In this document: positions 1 through 11,134 of the stretch, piece by piece
How the letters are laid out: each line of letters starts with the position of its first letter
Position numbering within the stretch: the stretch's first letter is position 1
Assembly (NCBI GenBank): GCA_003971905.1
Contig: RSEE01000090.1
Location: forward strand, 248,001-288,978
Source: Moniliella sp. 'wahieum'
Lineage: Eukaryota
Length of the DNA stretch: 40,978 nt
Reading direction: 5' to 3'
Made by a program: the position numbers and the translations under genes
Notes under the pieces: generated by a model
The model's input: the letters and a program-made list of their open reading frames with translations, nothing else
Told to the model about the DNA's origin: nothing
Databases searched by the model: none

Positions 1-750
1 ACTGCCACTCAGGCCTTGGGACTCTTGGCGGTCCTCATTGGCTCTTTCCCTGGAGTGTGCTGGAGCGCCTCCACATCACAGGCTTGGCCTTGACCCTTCC
101 CTGGAAATTGTCGTCTCGGCTCTCTTTTGGCCGCTGTTCCTCTATGACGAGGGCCTGGTACGTCCCTTCCCTCCCTGCAGCCATGTGCTGCTCAGGGTTA
201 CTTTGAACAGTCACCAACTAACACGTTTTCCTGTCAGCTTACCCCTAGCGCGGATATTCCCGACCCGGCAAACCCATTGAAGACCATCACAGTTACACCT
301 CATCTGCCTCTGCTGCCCAACTTGTGCTGGCACCTCTTCCCGGCCGTCGCGCTGCTAGCCGACTATCTTCTCTTCTCGCCTCCTTTCCCCAAGCGGATCA
401 GGGCGCCGTTGGTTGCCGTGCTGGTGTCAGTATCTTATGTGTACGTGTCGTCCCACTCTGAAATCGGGAACCTGGTGCCGCGGCCGCGTCGACTGACACG
501 CATCTCCCTTCTCTCCCCCTTTCCCTATACTAGGACATGGATTGAACATCTGCACACCTTCAATGGCCACTACCCTTACCCCCTTCTCGACATTTTGAAC
601 CCTATCCAGCGCCAGACGGTGTACGGTGTGGCCGCGTTCCTGTTCTGCATCGGGCTTGAAGGGTCCAATGCGCTACACCGGTCCTTGAACCCGAGCATGT
701 GGGCCGTGGCGGCGCAAGACCAGCAGGCCAAACTGGCCAAGAGCGAGTAA
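1..750 (+). CDS. FAR-17a/AIG1-like membrane protein, 5'-truncated by the window; introns ~158-237 and 441-533
   Basis: Reconstructed peptide ...LEIVVSALFWPLFLYD...LCWHLFPAVALLADYLLFSPP...TWIEHLHTFNGHYPYPLLD... has the H-x-x-P and W-x-E...NG-x-YPYP-x-L motifs of this family. Introns are GTACGT...CTAAC...CAG and GTACGT...CTGAC...TAG. Stop TAA at 748-750. Confidence 0.8.
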
Positions 751-934
751 GCCTTGATCGTTGTCTTCTCATATGTCCTATGTTTCCTCTCCTTCTTCGC
801 TGGCCTCTATAGCCAGCCACAGTCCTTGGTTGTGTTTCGCCCGTATGGGTGGGAGAATCAATGAGGCGATATTGTACACGTTGGGTGAGTTTAGGAGGAG
901 CGGGTGAGTGCAGTACACCAAAGCGCGCAACAAT

Positions 935-1561
935 TTAGATGGGCTTGATCTTAAAGTGCAAGCTAATCAAGCTGAAGATCAAGCACTGGCGTAGACATGC
1001 AACGTTAGTCGACAAACAGGGTGTGGGTACGCAAGGTGGAAGGGGCGCGGACGCCAACGTACCTTCAGATCCTGGACCAGGTAGTAAAACACGCGCAACC
1101 CTTCCGGGTCCTCCGAGTCCTGCACATCCACCAACGACCCAATCTTGCACGTTTCAAACGAGATGTGATCGTCGCCCAAGCGCACCTCGAGTTCTTGCCG
1201 TCCAAACGAGTTGCGCGGCGGCCACTTGGTATCGTCTTCCTTGATGATCTCCGAGTCCTCCACGATCCGCTTCAGTTCCTCCACCAACAGAGGACTGACC
1301 CACACTTCCTTCTTGATCAGGTCGTCGTGACGGTAATTGGAGTTGTTGGCGTAGCGGATACGGCCGCGCGAGTACTCAAATTCGAGAAACTCATGACCGT
1401 ACTTGCCAAAGTGGCCCGTGTAGTAGCGCACATAAAAGTCCTTCGCTGGCTCTTGCGCGTGCGCTGGCGCTGGCGCTGGCACTTGCACTTCCTTGCGCTT
1501 GCTTGCTCTGCACCGCCCCATTCCCATCTTCTGGCACCACGGCCATCTGCTCGTCTGCCAT
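935..1561 (-). CDS. MAGO: Mago nashi, exon junction complex core subunit; intron 986-1062; one frameshift in the N-terminal extension
   Basis: [23 protein letters not shown]...RYANNSNYR...[43 protein letters not shown] is the canonical Mago sequence. The GTACGT...CTAAC...CAG intron joins the two parts. Probable start MADEQ at 1561. Confidence 0.97.
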
Positions 1562-2095
1562 GGTCGTAAGAGAGGCACAACAGGTGGTGGTGGAAGAAGG
1601 CCAGCAGCTCAAAGCTTCGGCCGTGCCTGCTCTCCTCGACGGCCAGGCGGGGCGGGAGGGTGAGTTTTTATTTCTTTTTTTTTTTATTTAAGTTTTTCTG
1701 GCTCCGGCCCAGCCCAGCAACGCACACGAAACGCATTGGACTTGCCCTTTTCCACTTCACTATCTTGGCGGGAAGGCAACGCGGGCCAAGTGTGTACATC
1801 GCTGGAATGCCTAACACACATATAGGGTCGGAAGAGGGTGGGGGAGGGGGAGGGGGGGGTCGAATAAATGGAGAACCAGAAGGTGAAGGGGAAGAAGTGA
1901 ACTTTTAGATGAAGCACAGCCTAGTATAGATCAATGGAAACTACAGGTCCTGAAACGAATGTTGGCGGGTTGGGCGACGGAAGCACAAGGGGGAGGCGGG
2001 TACTGGGCGCACAACGCTGAGGGGGCGGGGGGGGCGGGGGGTAGCAACGATCCTGGCCGATCCAAAAACGGAAGCTGGTACCGAAAGGAGATGGG

Positions 2096-3090
2096 CTATT
2101 GGGGAGCGATCATTCCCCGAACGGTCTGATCCAGCTGATCCTGGCTGGCTAGATATTTCGCCTGAACAGTCTCGAACAGTCCTTTCCACTTGTTCTTCTC
2201 TTGCTCCAGCGATACGAGGTGCCGTTCTCGTCCTTCAACAAGGATCGTGGCATGGGACAACCTGGCCAAAAAATGTCAGCCATGCGCAGTTCCCCGACTT
2301 CGATCATCGATCAACGCCAACCATGAAACGGAGGACGTACTTTGTTTAGCTTGACGTGCACAAAGCTGGGTCTGATCAATCTCCCTCTCCAGCTGGGCCA
2401 CCTTGGCACGAAGCACGGCGACGCGGCTGCTACAGTCGCGCTCACTTGGATCGGTGCACTGCAGCTGAGAGGCAAGCTGAGCCTGAGCAGTTTGCACACG
2501 ACGTTCCAACAAGCCAAGTTGGTGCTGCAGCGAGTTGATTTGATGTTCCGACTGGAGCATGGTCAACCGAAGCTCTTTCATCTGCGCTTCGCTTCTTTCC
2601 ACTCTCTCCCCGGCAGCATCCGTCTGGGCTCGGAGCGCAGCAAACTTTTCCGAACCAGCGGACCAGGGGAGCGGGGAGGCGTCAGAGGCGAAGCAGGCTG
2701 TGACTGCGGCGCCTGCGGCGGAAAGTCAAGCGGAACCTCGACCTGAAGCTGGGCCTGAGGTTGGGGCTGGGGCTGGGACTGGGCTGGAGCAGGGAGCGCG
2801 GAGGCGTCGGCGGCGGGGAAGACTGTGATGGCTGGGATGGCTGAGACTGAGGCTGGGCTGGGTCAGAACCCCAGAAGGAGGCAAGGAGGCTGGTGGCGGG
2901 GAAGGCGGATGCGGAGTGTCAGCGCAGAGGGGGGCACAGAGCTAGAGGCTGTCGCGGTGGCTGTGGACGCTGGGGCGGAGGCAGGTGCTGGTGCGGTGCT
3001 GTGGCTGCGTGGGGAAGAGAGGCAGGCAGCAATGTCGATGGCCAGTGCAGTGATGGCGGTGGCCTGCGCCAGGGTGAGGAGACTGGGCAT
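2096..3090 (-). CDS. Divergent tropomyosin-like coiled-coil protein with a Pro/Gln/Ser-rich N-terminal extension; intron 2262-2340; start uncertain
   Basis: Across frameshifts it reads EKFAALRAQTDAAGERVERSEAQMKELRLTMLQSEHQINSLQHQLGLLERRV...LRAKVAQLEREID...|LSHATILVEGRERHLVSLEQEKNKWKGLFETVQAKYLASQDQLDQTVRGMIAPQ*. By eye this is colinear with ~160-aa fungal tropomyosins. Intron is GTACGT...GCTGAC...CAG. Confidence 0.65.
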
Positions 3091-4584
3091 GGTGGCGGTG
3101 AAAGTCGCACTGGAGAACAGAGGAGGCTGGGCTTTGCTCAAGTCTGCTGCTACTGCCCAAGGGACTGGGAGGGGAAGAGCAAGCGCCGAAGACAGCGGCC
3201 AAGGGAGAGAAGGCGGGCGGAAGCGGTGGTGGGCTGCGAGTCGGAGGGTGCGGAGGGGGTGCGTGGGCGTGTTGTGCGCGTGTTAGGCCTGTGCTTGCGC
3301 TGGTGTTGGAGCGGACGAAGGCGGCACTGGTCGTCACTCGTCGTCCCTCGACGCAGAAAGAGCGTGAGCGCGTGAAGCTGTTCCAAGAAATGGGGATGGG
3401 TAGCCGGGGGCGCTGGCTGCTGCTGGTGGGCTTGGCGCCACGCGCGCCGACAAAAATTGGTTTCATCATCAGACCCGCTTTGAGCTCGGCGCCTGAGCTC
3501 AGCGCCACACAGTGCCCCTCTGCCCTCTCTGCGTGACAGTCAGGCCACAGGCCGCAGGCTTGGTTGGCAGTTGCCATGTTGGCGCTGATGCAATGGCTGA
3601 TGCATATGGTCCCTGATGCATGATGTTCACCGGCCATTCCGGTGGATTTCGGTTTTGGACGCATCTTCATCGACTTGATCCTTCGTCCCGCATCTTTGGC
3701 CTAGGGCACTGGATGGGCAGAAGGATGAGCAGAAGGAAATGCATTGGAGCAAGAGTTGTGGGTCTGGGTGCAGACGCATCTCCTATAGGAAGCCAAACAA
3801 GGCATAGGGCCAGTGACTAGTGACTAGTGAGGCGTATGCAGGAAGGAAAAAAGAAGGAACGGGGGCAGTGTCACGCTGGCACGATCCCCGCAACGTGCAA
3901 GCCGATGGAACTGAGGCTCAGTTGAACGCGTTGAACGTTGAACGTTGAACCTGGTCTACCAACTAGGAGCCCGAGGACCACAGCCGATATCGAGACAGGC
4001 GTGCTGTTCGTTCTCCCCGCAGCGGTTTCGCCCCCAATTCGTCAAGCTCCAGCAGTGGCGCGAATATAACCCAGACTAGAAGCGTTGGCGTGGGCGTGGG
4101 TGCGTGATGTCATGCATCACGTGACGGGCAAAGCACCCTGGGGCCTGGTCCAATATAGTTAAGCGCGGGGCCAAGCGCCACCGCTGGCATATATCCCGCC
4201 ACCGACTCGATCATCGATCGGTTGATAAGGTTGATCGATGATAGGCGCTCGGCGAACGTCGTCTCTCGAGGCAGCAAGGGATGTGGTAAGCAATCCGATC
4301 GTCCGCAGTGGGGGACTGGGGCTGGGGCACCCCAGGAGCCTCCTGGCGCCTCGCGAACTTATCGGTGCGAGCACGACAGCACATGGTGTTCCTGTGCAGG
4401 CACCTGCCCCCAGCGCCATGGCGCGGATGGGGATAGGCCACTCTCCTATCGCCGTGCCTGTGCATATCCATCATCGATCATCCCGCCGCATCTCCTCCGC
4501 CCGTCGAGCAAGTGCACGCTGTCTGCCCCTCCTCATTGTCATCAGCCTCGCCACTCTAACCCCCCACCCCCACCCTCACCCGCC

Positions 4585-5515
4585 ATGAGACGCTCTAGCA
4601 TTGCCTCGGCGCCCGAGGCCGAGTCGGCAACGAGGAGACTGAGCAAGGTGATGCGTTTCTGGGACCGGCGCGCATCTGCTGGTACTGTTTTGCCGCCCAC
4701 CTACACTGCCGACCCTCCTCCCGCGTACGATCATACGCCGCTTCCAGCACTCGATGGGGAAGCCGTAGTCGTGGACGAGCCATTCGTCGAGCCTGTTTCT
4801 GCGGAAGCAGAAGCGCCACCCGCCTATCTCGATGCCAGTCGTCCGTTTGTGTCGGATGAGCCGATGGACTTGATTGTCTCTCGCCATGTTCTGGGCACCC
4901 AGGTTACTGTCGAGGTACGTTCACCCCTCTCTGTCCTCTGTCTCGGGCGTCATCTCATTTCTGTTCTGCGTCCGTTGATGTTCTGCTGGGCAACAGGCCC
5001 AAGGCGCAGCCGGGGGGCCCAACGTCTGTTCCGGGCCCAGGTGGAATTCTTCATCCCCCCAACTACGTTGGTCCGCACCGCTTGACCCCTGAGGTGGCTA
5101 GTATCAAGCTTCGCATGCTCGATGAAGAGAGGCAGGAACCGGTATTGGACGTGGTCCAGGTGGGCACGGCCGGCCAATTTGAAGCCCAACTCCCTCGAGC
5201 GGGACAAGGGTCATGTCGATCACCAGCGATTCCGCCAAAGTGCGAACCAAAGTTCGCTTTGCCTCCTCTTACCGCTGTCCCCACCTCATTGCCACCATGG
5301 ACCCTCGCGCCAAAGAGCGGATTGTACTCGAGCGCGGCACAACTACCAGGGAGGTGGGAAGGATGACGTGTCCCCACGGCCTGCTGGTCCGCAAAGTACA
5401 CATCCGCGTTCACCCAGGCCAGTCGTACTACCTCTTTTTTGCTGCCATCGCACTGAGTTTGATGGAAAACGAGTATTTGATGGGCGTCAATTCCCACAAT
5501 GGCGTTGACACGTAA
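4585..5515 (+). CDS. Hypothetical protein with three PPxY motifs and a C-terminal beta-rich domain; intron ~4915-4996; frameshifted
   Basis: cgccATG start MRRSSIASAPE...; motifs PPTY, PPAY, PPAY; GTACGT...CAACAG intron; protein-like downstream frames ending ...VHIRVHPGQSYYLFFAAIALSLMENEYLMGVNSHNGVDT*. Confidence 0.6.
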
Positions 5516-8001
5516 AGTAGCACTGTTACTGTATTCTCATCTGGGTGCACTCCTTGGCACATTTGCCATCAGTTTCTCCCTCCTTTGCCTGTATACACTA
5601 TTCTCTCCTTTCTCGTATATACCTCCTCCTCCCCTTTGATTTTTCATGTCCAGGCTGCTTTATAAGTTCCAATCTGATGGGCCAAGTTCTTGGGGCCCAT
5701 AGCCTCCTCGGAGGCTTTCTTTTGAGATGGGAAAAGGAGAACCGTTGGGTTACCCTCTCCTACTGTATATCCAAAATACAGTAGTCTCTGCCGGTAATTA
5801 ACACTGCTTTGCATCGACATCCAATGGGGGGGCAACTGTGGGGTGTACGCCAGCAGTTTGGCCGTGCACAACTCCAGACTATTCGTCCCGGCTGCCATTC
5901 CAGTCATCTTACCTTCTCATCCTGTTGCTCATCCGGCTCCCTACTAATAGGCTACCAGGGGGAGGTATCTTTCGGATGTCATGTTGGACTTCCACTCTGG
6001 CGTACACGGTTCCTCTATAGATCCCAAAACACTTTGGCAGCGTTGGCCGTGCATCATGGTATGTCACCCTCTGACTCCAAAATACAAAGACAATGGAGAT
6101 GCGAACATATATTTGCCACCATGAGAGCCACAAGAAAAAAGAACATCACAGGCCAATGAAAAGGTTCACTGAAGATATACTGCATCTTGCCCATACGCCT
6201 ACCACACTGTGCGAAGATCCGGAAGCCCGCAGATCCGGGTTTCTGTATACTATACGGCGCGCGGACGAGGAAGCTATCTGAATCGTTGCTTTGAGGTTGT
6301 GTATCTGTGACGTACATGTTACTTGGAACATTGCCGAAACCAATGGTCTGGTACTAACTAGGAATGTTGAACTGACAAGGGGATGTGGTTTCGTTTTGGA
6401 ACGTGTCGTATTGACAGAAATAGCTTGGCGCTTCAAGTTGGGAGAGAACACTGAGAGAGAGCATGGGGCGTTGAAAGCCCGAGTGTTACCGCTTGAAAGC
6501 CGATATGCATTCCATTTTCACACCACAGCCAATGAATGACTAGATGCAAAGAGGCCCCGCTACCAAACGCCTATATGCCAGCTGAAAACGAACATGCGAG
6601 ACCGAGGGTTTGGGAGAGGTGTGCTGGGCAACACAGGACTGACATGTGGTGTTGCAAAGGTTGCTTCGTCACGGACGAGTGTGCTGTAGCCGGGCGCATC
6701 TCATCTAGTCCATCACAGGCGCTCTTCCCTTGGTTATGGACTCCACGTTTGGCGCCATGTGGTGGTGAGTGTGAAGGGGGAGAGGGGAGGAGCAAGAAAA
6801 CGGAAAAAAGCCGCTTGGGGCCGTTTTGAAAGCGCAGTGGACACGGTAAACAGTGGGACAGGCTGTGAAAATGTGGGTGGCAAAGCCTGCGTTCCGCGTG
6901 TGGGGCAAAACATCTGATAAGCGCCTACTAAGCATATAGGTCTGTTCTTCGGCCACGTGCGAAAGGGAGGGCGTGGATGCTGCGCATGTACTCAGTACTC
7001 ACAACTCACATGCATACCAAGTACCGCAGACATACTCCGGACACAATGTGTTGCTGCCGATCTATATCGATTTGCCCACGAGAACCAGGAGGGGTGTGCG
7101 GTGTTTTGGTGGGCCATAGGGTTGTCGGTGGGGCATGTGGGGATGAATGATGCTGATGGGTGATGATCGATGATCGAAGAGAGGAGTGGTCCGAAGTGGG
7201 GAATGGACGCGTGACGCGTGACGCGGCGCTGTGGCCCGACGTGGCCCGACGTGGCTCGACGCGTGGGGTAGGCTGTCGATGCTGGATGCCGATGAGATGA
7301 GGCAGATGGATGGAGGGGGTTAGAGGCACGAGGTAGTCAACCCCCGAGGCTGTGGCGGAGATTGGGATGGTGAAAAGCGAGGGGTGGATGGATGGCAACT
7401 GGACGGGAAGCGGGAAGGCCGACGGGCTGGGCGATCAGCGAGCAGCGATCATCCGTGCATCATGCCTGGGTTGGTCTTTTCAATGTATCTGCCGTGGCCG
7501 CCGGGGCGCCGTGAAAAAAAAGGCAGCCATGTGAAAGCGGAGCGCTGGCTGGGCGTGGTGCCAGTGTCGGGTGGCTGGGGCCGCCTGGCGCACTGGGTGC
7601 TGGATGCGCTTGCCGAGGCAGGTGCTGGGTGGTTGGGTCAACCCGTCGCTGTGACGCGTGACGAGTGACTAACGACTAGCCGCAGTCCCAAGTGGCTGTA
7701 GTGTCAGTCTCTAGTCCCTAGTCACTAGTCAGGCCAGGCGACGCATACTCAGTACGCACGCCTCCCGACACGCCGTCTCAACTCGGTACGCCGTCTGCGT
7801 CCCAGTACTCACGCCCTCACGCTAACCAGGCACGGCGGGGTCCGACCCGACGACAGGTACGACAGCACCACAGCCGCCCTCGCAGCATCAGTACATCCGT
7901 ACCCTCCGTCCCTCAGCACTCACCCCGTCCGTGCCATCACACCCTCGCCACACCCGCCGCTTCTTCTTCTCCCGCCATTATCACCCCCCCCCCCCCCCCC
8001 C

Positions 8002-9870
8002 ATGGACTCGGACAGCGTGGCCAGCAGCCGGCCCAGCTGCCCCCCGACCACACCTTCCTGCCCTCGTCTCTCAGCGCCGCATCCACCCCCCGCACCAGTG
8101 TTGCCAGCAGCTCCCTCCACCTCTCCGCCACCAAGCCCACGCCGCCGCGCTCGCCCCGACATGCATCCACCTCCCCGTCCGACTCCGCCTCGCCCTCGCT
8201 AACCGCCTGCCTCGCCCACCCGCTCCCCCCCCCGCCCATCGTCGCAGGCGCCGTGCCGTTAGCCGCGATGTCTCGCCCCCGAACCACCGCACCCTGCGCG
8301 TCTTGGATCCCTCCCCAGGCCATGGCCCCACCGCCCACGACATTACCAGTCCGCCCAATCCGCCCTCCAATTGCTCCAGGCGCGCTCCGACCTCCAGGCG
8401 CAGCAGCAGCGTGACTCTCGCCATCGCACCCAGTCTCGTCCGAGGCCCATACGCGCCTGACCGGTGGCTCTTCCTTGCGCCCCGTCACCCCGGAACCCAA
8501 GAGCACGCCCCGTTCTCACCGCGGGCGCGAATCGACCGAGAGCTTCTTTTCCTCCAGCACATCTCCCGTCCAAGGCGGCCGCGGCTAGCTTCGGATCCCC
8601 AGCGGGCCAGTCGGGTCTCGCTCGAGAGCCTCGAGCCGGTCCCAAGTCCTGGACCCGCTTCGTCCATCCGCTCCAACCGTTCCGGCTGTTCGAACCGATC
8701 CGGCAAGGCCAGTTTTTACTCGGCCCACTCCAACATTGACAGCGCATTCGATGGCTTTGACACCATCCCCGAGGTGCCCCAGCCGTTTAACACTTTGCCT
8801 GCCTCGCATTCGGCCTTTGCAACTTCCCCGGGTGGGGGCCGACGTGGCCGAACGCTGAATGCGGCAGGCTCCGTGCGGTCTGCCGCAGATGCTGATGAGT
8901 TTCTCTCGTATTTGTGGGACGTGGATCCCAAGCATGTTGCCTCCTCTTCCACTCAGAATGGGGCCACGTTCGTCAAGGCCGGTGGTACTCTGGCGACGCC
9001 ATCCATGTGGAGGGAATACCTTGACCCGTCACCGCACGAATTCGTACCCGATCCGCGCCTCAGCGCCCGGTTCGCGACGACCATCGTTCTCAGAGGAACG
9101 ACCGGTGCGCCCTTGCAGTACACGGCAACCTTCTCCTGTGCGCTCACGAGTTCGGAGGACCCTGCGTCCGAGGGATGGGGCTTTCGGACTTGACCAATCT
9201 GCGTGCTCTTGATATGGGCCATCGCCAATTGACCCATGCCTCATCCTTGGCTCGCACCTTGACTCGCCCCTTATCGGCACACCACTCAGCCTGTGCTCCA
9301 GTTCTGGTTGGCCGCGAGCCTCAGTACCTTCGCGGTGATATCATTGAGCGCGCTAATGGCCTGCTCCTACCTCTTGACCATCTACGATATGCTACCCGTC
9401 GCAGCCGATCCATTTCGTCAGCAGCGCCAAAGCCAGACCAAAGCTCCTCCGGTAGCTGGGCCCTTACGAAGGTTCTTTTGGTTTTTGCTTGCTCCTTTGC
9501 GGAAACTCTTTGGCTGGACACTCGCCCGTTCTAGTACATCGGAATCCAAGTCCGAGGAAGAGGACGATGTAGGCGGGCCCGATTCGCAAGACCCATTCAA
9601 CCCTCCTGGTCCCCGACCACCTCTTGGACCACTGCTGGGAAGCGTGATCTAACGTTGGTGATCGCGACGGGCACTGGCTTTGTCCGTCTCTTCGTCTCCT
9701 ACCGCTCGAAAGGAAAGGAGTCGTCGACGCCTGAAGGACCAGAAACCCCCGTTTACGATGATACTCCCAACACCCGACTCGACCCGCTCTCGTACCACTT
9801 CCGTTTCCATTACGTTCGACCCCGCGCTCCCGTACTGCAGTGTAACGGTTGCAACCTCCTGATGTCTTAA
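8002..9870 (+). CDS. Hypothetical membrane protein: long Pro/Ser/Arg-rich N-terminus and C-terminal hydrophobic segments; frameshifted
   Basis: Chain of protein-like ORFs (8002.., 7931-9193, 9175.., 9293-9652, 9655-9870). Hydrophobic stretches include LQFWLAASLSTFAVISLSALMACSYLLTIYD and RPPLGPLLGSVI..TLVIATGTGFVRLF. No family recognised. Confidence 0.55.
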
Positions 9871-10097
9871 CGTTTTCTCCCCCTTCGTTTCCCTCTTGTA
9901 CCTCTCCCCCCCCCCCCCCCTCTGTCATTCTCTCTTGTTCGTCCGCTCGGCTCAATGTCGATCCCACACTCTCTTACCGCAGCCCCTTGGCTGCTTGTCA
10001 TTCACGAACCAGTCCCACTCCTCGAGTGCCTCGTATTTAACTCTCCTTTCTCTTCTGGCTACCGAGGGTCATGTAGAGCCTGGATGTATTGGGGGGG

Positions 10098-10808
10098 CTA
10101 GGCACGCACCCAGCGCGACTCTAGGTCCTGCACGGAAACCTCGTTTCCAGCCTAGCGAGAAGGCACTAGTCAGTCACAGGTTCGGGTCGCAGCGCGTGTA
10201 TAGGGCGGGGGGAAGAAGGTTGAGGTAGACGCACCTTTTCATCATAGTCGGTCCAAATGTCCTCGTCAAATTCCACGTCGGGGAACTTGGATCCAGACTC
10301 GGGCGCTTCGGCAGAGAAGTAGCTCTGGGCAACCAAGGCGAAGCAGAGGGTGAGTCCGGGTCTGGGTCAGTCCCGCTGCACATCCAAGTACGTCCCAGCG
10401 AACGAAGATGAGTAAAAACATAAGTACGTACCTGTCATCCAGCACCCACTTGACAGGCTCCAGTCCGCGGCACTCGACTTTGGTCAACGTCTGCCACCCG
10501 TTCGCGCCTTCGTCGGCGGGTAGGCATGGTAATCGACGCGCCTTCTTGCTGGACTTGTCGCCGGTGGGAGCCTCAGCAAACCGGGCCAGGACTCGACCTT
10601 GCGAATTGGCACCGAAAAACCAGGTGGGCAGTAGCGTTCTTGGCGCCGTGCACCTCGTGTTCCTCGCCCGGCACGAGCGCCAGCGGCTTGGGGTGCTGTT
10701 CGTGGCACTGGGTGCACTTGACAAGCGCCATCAGACGATAGTCGTCGTGCGGTTGGAACTCGGACACGCCTCGAGCGTCGCTTTGAGCTGCAGGTCGAAC
10801 ACGGGCAT
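10098..10808 (-). CDS. DUF866/UPF0587 (CXXC zinc-binding, C1orf123-like) protein, two introns
   Basis: MPVFDLQLKATLE...VKCTQCHEQHPK...AHLVFRCQF...VECRGLEPV...ESGSKFPDVEFDEDIWTDYDEK|AGNEVSVQDLESRWVRA* matches the family pattern. Donors are GTACGT (10431) and GTGCGT. Confidence 0.9.
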
Positions 10809-11134
10809 GGCGAGCGGCGCAGTGGTGGTGGTGGCAAGACTGCTTGCGACGGTTGGTTGGGCCTGCCGGCTGTGCTGTCGACCGACACCCCTTGGCGCGA
10901 ATGGACTAATGGGCAAATTGGCGAATGGGCGAAGGCCCAGCATCTGAGATGCCATGCCCAAATTGAAAGAAGCCCAAATGAAAGGAGGAGCTGAGGTAAG
11001 CGGACCTGCTGGGGTGGGTGGCCGGTGACGCGGGGACGCATGATGGTGGGGCAGGCCGCCGCCACGGCCGAGATGGCTTGCTTGGCCGCTGGCGGCAGCG
11101 CGCCCTTGCCACCACCACTGGCTCCCCCTGCCCC

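Noticed and set aside
1021..1569. 182-aa plus-strand ORF
   Set aside because: Antisense shadow of mago nashi, expected from GC-rich codon usage; no independent protein features.
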